Shown piece by piece: positions 58,596 through 64,000 of a stretch of DNA of 64,000 bases. The position numbers were made by a program, and so were the translations under genes. The notes beneath the pieces were generated by a model. That model saw only the letters and a list, made by a program, of their open reading frames with translations. It searched no databases and had not been told where the DNA came from. The first letter of the stretch is position 1. Each line of letters starts with the position of its first letter. The stretch comes from Bdellovibrionales bacterium (GTDB lineage: Bacteria; Bdellovibrionota; Bdellovibrionia; Bdellovibrionales; JAMPXM01), in contig JAYUEN010000506.1 in NCBI GenBank assembly GCA_043739185.1, positions 1 to 64,000 of the forward strand, read 5' to 3'.

Positions 58596-59651
58596 TTATT
58601 TTTTTACAGTTTTATTTTTAAGATCTCTCCAGGATTTGCCTTCGCGTGCTTTTGGGTCTAACTGAAATTTTCCAACTGCCGCCTGATGTCCGCTAAGATC
58701 TTTTGAAAAGACGTGCGTGCCATCATTTCGGCTCACAAAGTATAAATAATCGGTCTGCGCAGGATGAAGGGCCGCATAAAGCGATGCCTTTCCTGGGTTC
58801 GATATGGGTCCGAACGGAAATCCATAATTGGTATAGGTATTGTATCTTGTGGGCGTCTCAAGATCGGAGCGATGAATATTTCCGTCATACTTCCTGCCGG
58901 CATCTAAAATGCCGTAGACCACGGTGGGGTCCGTTTGCAATTTCATTTTAATTCGGGTGCGGTTAAAAAATACACTTGCAACTTGAGGGCGCTCCGCATC
59001 GGCACCAGTTTCTTTTTCAATGATGCTTGCAAGTATAATGTGTTGATGACGTGTGAGTTTGATCTCAGGATTTTGCTCCACGCTTGGATAAACTTCTAGA
59101 AACCTAGTCACCATTGCCTTTACCAGTCCGCGGGCTCCCGTATACTTCGTCAAATAATAAGTCTCAGGATACAAATACCCCTCAAGGCTAGGAACTTCTT
59201 CGCCGAGCAATTCTTTAATGAGTGACTTACTTTCAACTAATTTTAGAAACTCTTCTCGTGAACCAAGTTTCTGTTTAGCTAATTGATCTGCAATATCCCA
59301 TTTATTGTATCCTTCAGGAATGGTCAGCGCGTATTCAATACTCTTTCCTGAATCCAATACACTCAAAATTTCTTTTGGAGTCATATTTTTTGAAAGTAAA
59401 TATTCTCCCGTACGCACCCGTTTATTTGTCGTCAGCCGTGAGTAAATTTGAAATTTAAATGCACTTGTTACTAAGGACTTCTCTTCGAGCATGCGAGCAA
59501 TTCGCTTTAAGCTTGTTCCTGGCATAACTTCAAATACCACATCTTCTTTGGTGATCGAGGTTCGAGAAGATACAAACAAAACCGCTTCAAAAGCCGCACC
59601 AGCTAAAGCAATAAGTCCAAGTAAAATTATAAATACAAAAAATTTTTTCAA
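58596..59651 (-). CDS. mltG: Endolytic transglycosylase MltG
   Basis: TIPEG, LEGYLYPETY, ASIIEKET, LQTDPTV, YNTY...G.P.GPISNPG, YLYFVS. Confidence 0.97.
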   Translation of the reverse strand: MKKFFVFIILLGLIALAGAAFEAVLFVSSRTSITKEDVVFEVMPGTSLKRIARMLEEKSLVTSAFKFQIYSRLTTNKRVRTGEYLLSKNMTPKEILSVLDSGKSIEYALTIPEGYNKWDIADQLAKQKLGSREEFLKLVESKSLIKELLGEEVPSLEGYLYPETYYLTKYTGARGLVKAMVTRFLEVYPSVEQNPEIKLTRHQHIILASIIEKETGADAERPQVASVFFNRTRIKMKLQTDPTVVYGILDAGRKYDGNIHRSDLETPTRYNTYTNYGFPFGPISNPGKASLYAALHPAQTDYLYFVSRNDGTHVFSKDLSGHQAAVGKFQLDPKAREGKSWRDLKNKTVKK

Positions 59652-59668
59652 ATACTCACTGCCTTTCT

Positions 59669-61186
59669 CTACTTAATAGGATCGTAGGTTAAGCCAGGCA
59701 TTGAAGCCTTGACATCAAATCCCGAGGTGTCCTCAAGCGAGGCCACCGGGATCGTACAGTAAAACACGGCATAATGAGCCGTCGGCCGATCGTTGCCGGA
59801 TTTACCTAGGCCCCCAAACGGCATTCGTGAGCTCGCTCCATTGGTTGTGCGATTCCAATTCACCATGCCGACTTTCGCTCTATTGGCGGTGGTTTCGTAG
59901 AGCTCGCGACTTTTTGAAAACACCGAAGTAACCAAGCCAAATCCGGTAGAATCATTAATTTGCAAAGCCTCTTCAAAGTCGTCGACTTTATAAATGGCCA
60001 CATTTGGTCCAAAGATTTCTGATTTTTGATAAACCGAATTGGGGTCAAAGGCCTTGGTCAAACAAATGCTTGGCGTCACATAGTGACCCCGGTGTGAAGT
60101 TTCAAGCTCTTTTCCTCTCATAAGTCTCTCGCAACCCTCGCGACTTGCGATTTCTTGAAAGCGCAGATACTTCTCAACTGCCGCCGAATTGATGAGGGGG
60201 CCCATGAAATTGTTTTCTTTCCAATGCCCAATGCTTAGTTTCTTGGCCGTCTCGTAAAACTTCTCGACAAATTGATCATAAATTTTAGAATGTAAAACAA
60301 TGCGACTGGTGCACGAACATCTCTGCCCGGCAGAGATAAAGGATCCTATAGTACTTTCATAAATTGCTTTGTTGAGATCGGCATCGTGCCAAACGATCGA
60401 AGCATTTTTTCCACCCATTTCAAGTGCCAGAAGCTTCCAATGATGTTCGATAGTTTTTTGTTTAATTTTGAGTCCGGTTTCGTAAGAGCCCGTAAAAAGA
60501 ACGCCATCGACATTTTCATCAGCAACCAATTTGCGCCCGGTTTCAGCTTCGCCTTGAACTAAATTGACGACACCCTTTGGGAACTCTGCCTTTTCAAATA
60601 ACTGCGCCATCAACTGACCAATTGCAGGTGTCAATTCACTGGGTTTAAAAACCACCGTATTACCTGTCACCAAAGCAGGAATGATATGTCCATTAGGAAG
60701 ATGACCAGGAAAATTAAAAGGCCCTAGTACTGCCATCACTCCTCTTGGTCGATGACGAATATACCCGTCTACATTCGGAAGAGCATTTGCAATTCGCTCT
60801 TCTGCCACTAACTTGAGTGAGTATTCTAGGGTAATATCAATTTTATTGATCATCGCTTTGGCTTCTGTGGCCGACTCCCACAAAGGCTTTCCGGTTTCCC
60901 GTGCAATGACTTCAGCAATTTGCTCGGCATGGGCCCCATATACGTCTTTCAGTTTTTTGATAAGGGCGACGCGCTTTTCAAGAGGTTCTTGTGACCATGA
61001 TTTAAAAGCCCGCTTTGCCGCCAAACAGGCCAGTTCGACATGATCATGTCGGTAGCTAAGTTTCATAACTTGGTCCTTCAGATCCGAAGGACTTATATCT
61101 AAAAACTCACCATCTGGGCGATCAGACTTCAGCCATTGGCCATCTATGTAATCACCTAAAAACGGAATCGGTTTCAATTCACTCAT
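59669..61186 (-). CDS. astD: Succinylglutamate-semialdehyde dehydrogenase
   Basis: GPFNFPGHLPNGHI, KPSE, FTGS, LEMGG, GQRC, TNGASS.MPFGG; next to astA. Confidence 0.9.
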   Translation of the reverse strand: MSELKPIPFLGDYIDGQWLKSDRPDGEFLDISPSDLKDQVMKLSYRHDHVELACLAAKRAFKSWSQEPLEKRVALIKKLKDVYGAHAEQIAEVIARETGKPLWESATEAKAMINKIDITLEYSLKLVAEERIANALPNVDGYIRHRPRGVMAVLGPFNFPGHLPNGHIIPALVTGNTVVFKPSELTPAIGQLMAQLFEKAEFPKGVVNLVQGEAETGRKLVADENVDGVLFTGSYETGLKIKQKTIEHHWKLLALEMGGKNASIVWHDADLNKAIYESTIGSFISAGQRCSCTSRIVLHSKIYDQFVEKFYETAKKLSIGHWKENNFMGPLINSAAVEKYLRFQEIASREGCERLMRGKELETSHRGHYVTPSICLTKAFDPNSVYQKSEIFGPNVAIYKVDDFEEALQINDSTGFGLVTSVFSKSRELYETTANRAKVGMVNWNRTTNGASSRMPFGGLGKSGNDRPTAHYAVFYCTIPVASLEDTSGFDVKASMPGLTYDPIK

Positions 61187-61197
61187 ATATTTACCTC

Positions 61198-62214
61198 TTA
61201 GGGAATTTGCGAAATAAAAACTTTTTCTCCGGCTTCAACATCTAATACTTTTTGAGTCATTGTCGGCATTGAAATCATTGAGTCTTGAATATTGCAAAGA
61301 GTATTGATGCCGCGAAACTCTCCCTCGCGCTTAAAGCCCACAAGGGCTGTGCTATTAAATCCAGGCTTTTCAACTTGGGTTACAGTTAGCCATTTGCCAT
61401 TTTTTACCAAACTAACTTCGTCTAGCTTCGCGCCAAAGTGAGGGCCGCCGTCAAAAGGATCAACTTCATGCAAATACTTAAAACCTATTTTTTCAAGCAA
61501 GTGCTGTGCGGGAAGAGTTTCATCACCCACACGCCCAAGTACCAAACGCGAGCGAGAGTCTAAAAGAGTCATATAAATATCTTGTTCGGGAAAGAGACTG
61601 CTGATGAATTCTTTGTTTTTTTGTGAAATCAAATCGGCCTCTTGGTAAGGCAAACCAGTAAACCTTCTGCCAAGAGCTTCCCAAAATTCGCTTCTGCCGG
61701 CTTCAGCAAGTGGAGGCGTTAACTCACAAAGCAAACGGTTTTCAAAATCTTCGCGAAACATTCCCATATAAACAAAGCGAATCAGGGAGATTTGTTTTCC
61801 TAATTTCTCCGGTCGTCTTCGGTAATTGCGATCAACTAAGAGTCCCCCAATTTCGGTGGGCCCATCGCAATCCTCTTTGAGTTGCAGGACTTGATGAATA
61901 AATCCTATGCCCAAATCTTCACTGTAGCGATCTTTCTTCACTACTTTAAAATAGTAATGTGGAACATCTTCAGTCCCATGTTTTGCCAAGATAAGAGAGC
62001 TTCCGACGATCATGCTCTCTTCGAGGTCCTCACATACAAAAAGATATTCTGCTTCTCGCGGGGGTAATTCCCCTGCAAAAGAAGCCATACTTCTTTCAAT
62101 TTTTTCGGCTAGGACTTTCTTATCAGCGGGTAAATTCAATAACGAAAACTGCCCGGCCAAGTCACTCAATTGCTTCAAATCCTGAAGGTGAACATTTCTT
62201 AAAACAAAACTCAT
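61198..62214 (-). CDS. astA: Arginine N-succinyltransferase
   Basis: NLPAD, YLFV.ED, S.FWEALGRRF, DPFDGGP. Confidence 0.92.
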   Translation of the reverse strand: MSFVLRNVHLQDLKQLSDLAGQFSLLNLPADKKVLAEKIERSMASFAGELPPREAEYLFVCEDLEESMIVGSSLILAKHGTEDVPHYYFKVVKKDRYSEDLGIGFIHQVLQLKEDCDGPTEIGGLLVDRNYRRRPEKLGKQISLIRFVYMGMFREDFENRLLCELTPPLAEAGRSEFWEALGRRFTGLPYQEADLISQKNKEFISSLFPEQDIYMTLLDSRSRLVLGRVGDETLPAQHLLEKIGFKYLHEVDPFDGGPHFGAKLDEVSLVKNGKWLTVTQVEKPGFNSTALVGFKREGEFRGINTLCNIQDSMISMPTMTQKVLDVEAGEKVFISQIP

Positions 62215-63554
62215 AAACAGATTTTCTCCACAACTAATCGGTAAAATTCAATGGCCGTCATGAGATCACTTATTTTGACATGTTCATTGGGGGCATGGGA
62301 ATTTCCCACTCCCTGCCCTGGGCCGGTGACAACACATTCAATACCAAAGCGACTAAACACATTGGCTTCATTGGTGATGGCTTGGGTTGCTGGCTGACTA
62401 TTCAAGCCCAGCTTTTCTAACTGCTGTTGGCAAAGGGCCATGAAGTCCGAAGGTCCCAAATTTTTAAATGGCTGCTTATAATCAGTGATGCGAAAAGTCC
62501 CACCAATCGAGACACAAGTATCCTGAATCATTTTCATCCAGTTTTCGAAATTTTCATTGGTAATATTTGGTGGAATTCGAAAGCAGCCAGACAACTTAAT
62601 ATGATCAGGCAGCGTTCTTACCATACCTATATTGAGCGTAGGTATGGCTGGATCAAAATTTACGTCAGGAAAATTTTTAAATTCTTCTTCGATTTGCGCA
62701 ATAATTTTAAAAACCTTGTTGAGTTTTTTACCTATGGCATCTCGAATGCCACCCACCACGTCAATTTCTAAAACAGCATTGGCCGGAACGGTATTGCAAT
62801 TGATGCCACCATGCATCTCCATGAGCATTAGATCTTCGGGGAGCTTCTTGAAATACTCGAACATTTTACTAATTGCGTTTTCTCCCATTTCAGGAGCTGA
62901 GGAATGCGCGGCCCGTCCCACAAAAATTTTACTTTGGGTACTCGAGCTTTCGCTTTCATCATGCAGACTGCGATATTCTATTTCTTCTGCAGAAAAAGGA
63001 ATCTCAATTTCAATTGTTCCGTAACCCTTGCCTGCACTAATCAGTCGCATACCACTTGGTTGGCCAATGAGAGCTTTTTTGGCGGCAATTTTCTTTTTTC
63101 GTATGAGCTTAATCGCTCCTTGCATTCCAATTTCTTCGCCGAAGGTGCCCACCAATACAAAAGGCAATTTCAATTGTGAGCCTATGATTGGCCTCACCGC
63201 TTCAAGCTTACATAAGAAATCAAGTTTCACATCCGCCGTACCCAAACCATAAATCGCATCTTGAAAAATACTCGCATTGAAGGGGTTGGCGTCGGTTTTT
63301 TTCCAAAGTGAAAAGTCGCCAGATTCAGGGGTGTCGAGGTGCCCTTGAAGCATAAATTCATCTTTGGGAATCTCTTTCGTCGGCCGCGCGATAATATTGG
63401 ATTGCAAAATTCCGTTTTGATATTCATGTTGAATTTCGACTTTCAACCCAGCTTCACGGCAAAGTTCGGCCGCATATTGAACGAGCTCCCAGTTACCGCT
63501 GCTGGGACTCGAATCAATTGAAATGAATTTTCGACAGGCAGATATAAAGTCCAT
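62211..63554 (-). CDS. M20 family metallohydrolase (ArgE/DapE-like)
   Basis: GHLDT, GLGTADVK, GEEIG, GRAAHSS, HAPNEH. Confidence 0.9.
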   Translation of the reverse strand: MDFISACRKFISIDSSPSSGNWELVQYAAELCREAGLKVEIQHEYQNGILQSNIIARPTKEIPKDEFMLQGHLDTPESGDFSLWKKTDANPFNASIFQDAIYGLGTADVKLDFLCKLEAVRPIIGSQLKLPFVLVGTFGEEIGMQGAIKLIRKKKIAAKKALIGQPSGMRLISAGKGYGTIEIEIPFSAEEIEYRSLHDESESSSTQSKIFVGRAAHSSAPEMGENAISKMFEYFKKLPEDLMLMEMHGGINCNTVPANAVLEIDVVGGIRDAIGKKLNKVFKIIAQIEEEFKNFPDVNFDPAIPTLNIGMVRTLPDHIKLSGCFRIPPNITNENFENWMKMIQDTCVSIGGTFRITDYKQPFKNLGPSDFMALCQQQLEKLGLNSQPATQAITNEANVFSRFGIECVVTGPGQGVGNSHAPNEHVKISDLMTAIEFYRLVVEKICL

Positions 63555-63574
63555 TAATATAATTCCAGCACGAG

Positions 63575-64000
63575 TTACTTCATCATTTCATGAATTGATT
63601 TTTCAATAATTTTCCCGGCGGCCTCAATGTCCTTCGTTTCAATAATCGCCGGCACCAGAAATCTCACGCGGTACGGATTTTGTCCGCATGAAAACGCAAT
63701 CATTCCGTTTTGATAAAGCTTTTGCAATAATGTGTTGACCGTTTCTTTCCCGCCATCCAAGGGGGTGAAGGCAATCATGAGGCCCATGCCGCCAGCTTCA
63801 GTGACTTGACCCTTGCAGGTGCTGTCGTTCAAGCGGTTTAACATTCCGACAAATTCATTGTGCACTTTACTGATTTTTCCGTTTGGGCCTAAATAGCCTT
63901 CATTAACTAAAATATTCATGCCCTCAATGCCGGCAGAAATAGCGGCTGAAGCACCTGAAAATGTTCCCGAAACCAAGCCCGGCTTTGGATTGTATTCTTC
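63575..64000 (-). CDS. Class III aminotransferase (AstC/ArgD-like), C-terminal part; runs off the window
   Basis: SGTFSG, G.GLMIAF, RFL.P motifs; frame open to the window end. Confidence 0.85.
   Translation of the reverse strand, partial: EEYNPKPGLVSGTFSGASAAISAGIEGMNILVNEGYLGPNGKISKVHNEFVGMLNRLNDSTCKGQVTEAGGMGLMIAFTPLDGGKETVNTLLQKLYQNGMIAFSCGQNPYRVRFLVPAIIETKDIEAAGKIIEKSIHEMMK

Overview
A moderately AT-rich bacterial chromosome segment. Gene content points to a Bdellovibrionota (Bdellovibrio-like predator): many orphan Sec-exported proteins, an HEXXH peptidase, DUF2239, CFI-box-CTERM, PilZ/HD-GYP/CheY, short EF-Ts, and no dxr in the rpsB-tsf-pyrH-frr-uppS-cdsA-rseP cluster. This assignment is inference. 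Roughly 1-34 kb is an accessory-looking array of secreted/surface proteins and their regulators. Roughly 34-64 kb is mostly core (galU, priA, rpsB cluster, tsaB, RluA family, mltG, arginine succinyltransferase genes), with several surface lipoproteins inserted. I found no rRNA, tRNA, CRISPR, transposase, integrase or reverse transcriptase. The strongest unexplained signals are: (1) a paralog pair (1379-1945 and 21946-22920) where the longer copy carries an internal signal-peptidase-like site exactly where the shorter copy's signal peptide ends; (2) a C-x-x-L-F motif at the terminus of three unrelated exported proteins; (3) a non-canonical (F/W)QNC lipobox on five surface proteins; (4) an outer-membrane barrel coupled to an 1133-aa lipoprotein with a beta-pore-forming-like hairpin; (5) a diverged, structured ~170-190 nt intergenic repeat placed just after stop codons; (6) a recurrent GTYTCA-N3-TGARAC palindrome; (7) a perfect 67-bp palindrome; (8) an unannotated 43-aa basic protein. 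All family calls come from motif recognition by eye, not database searches.
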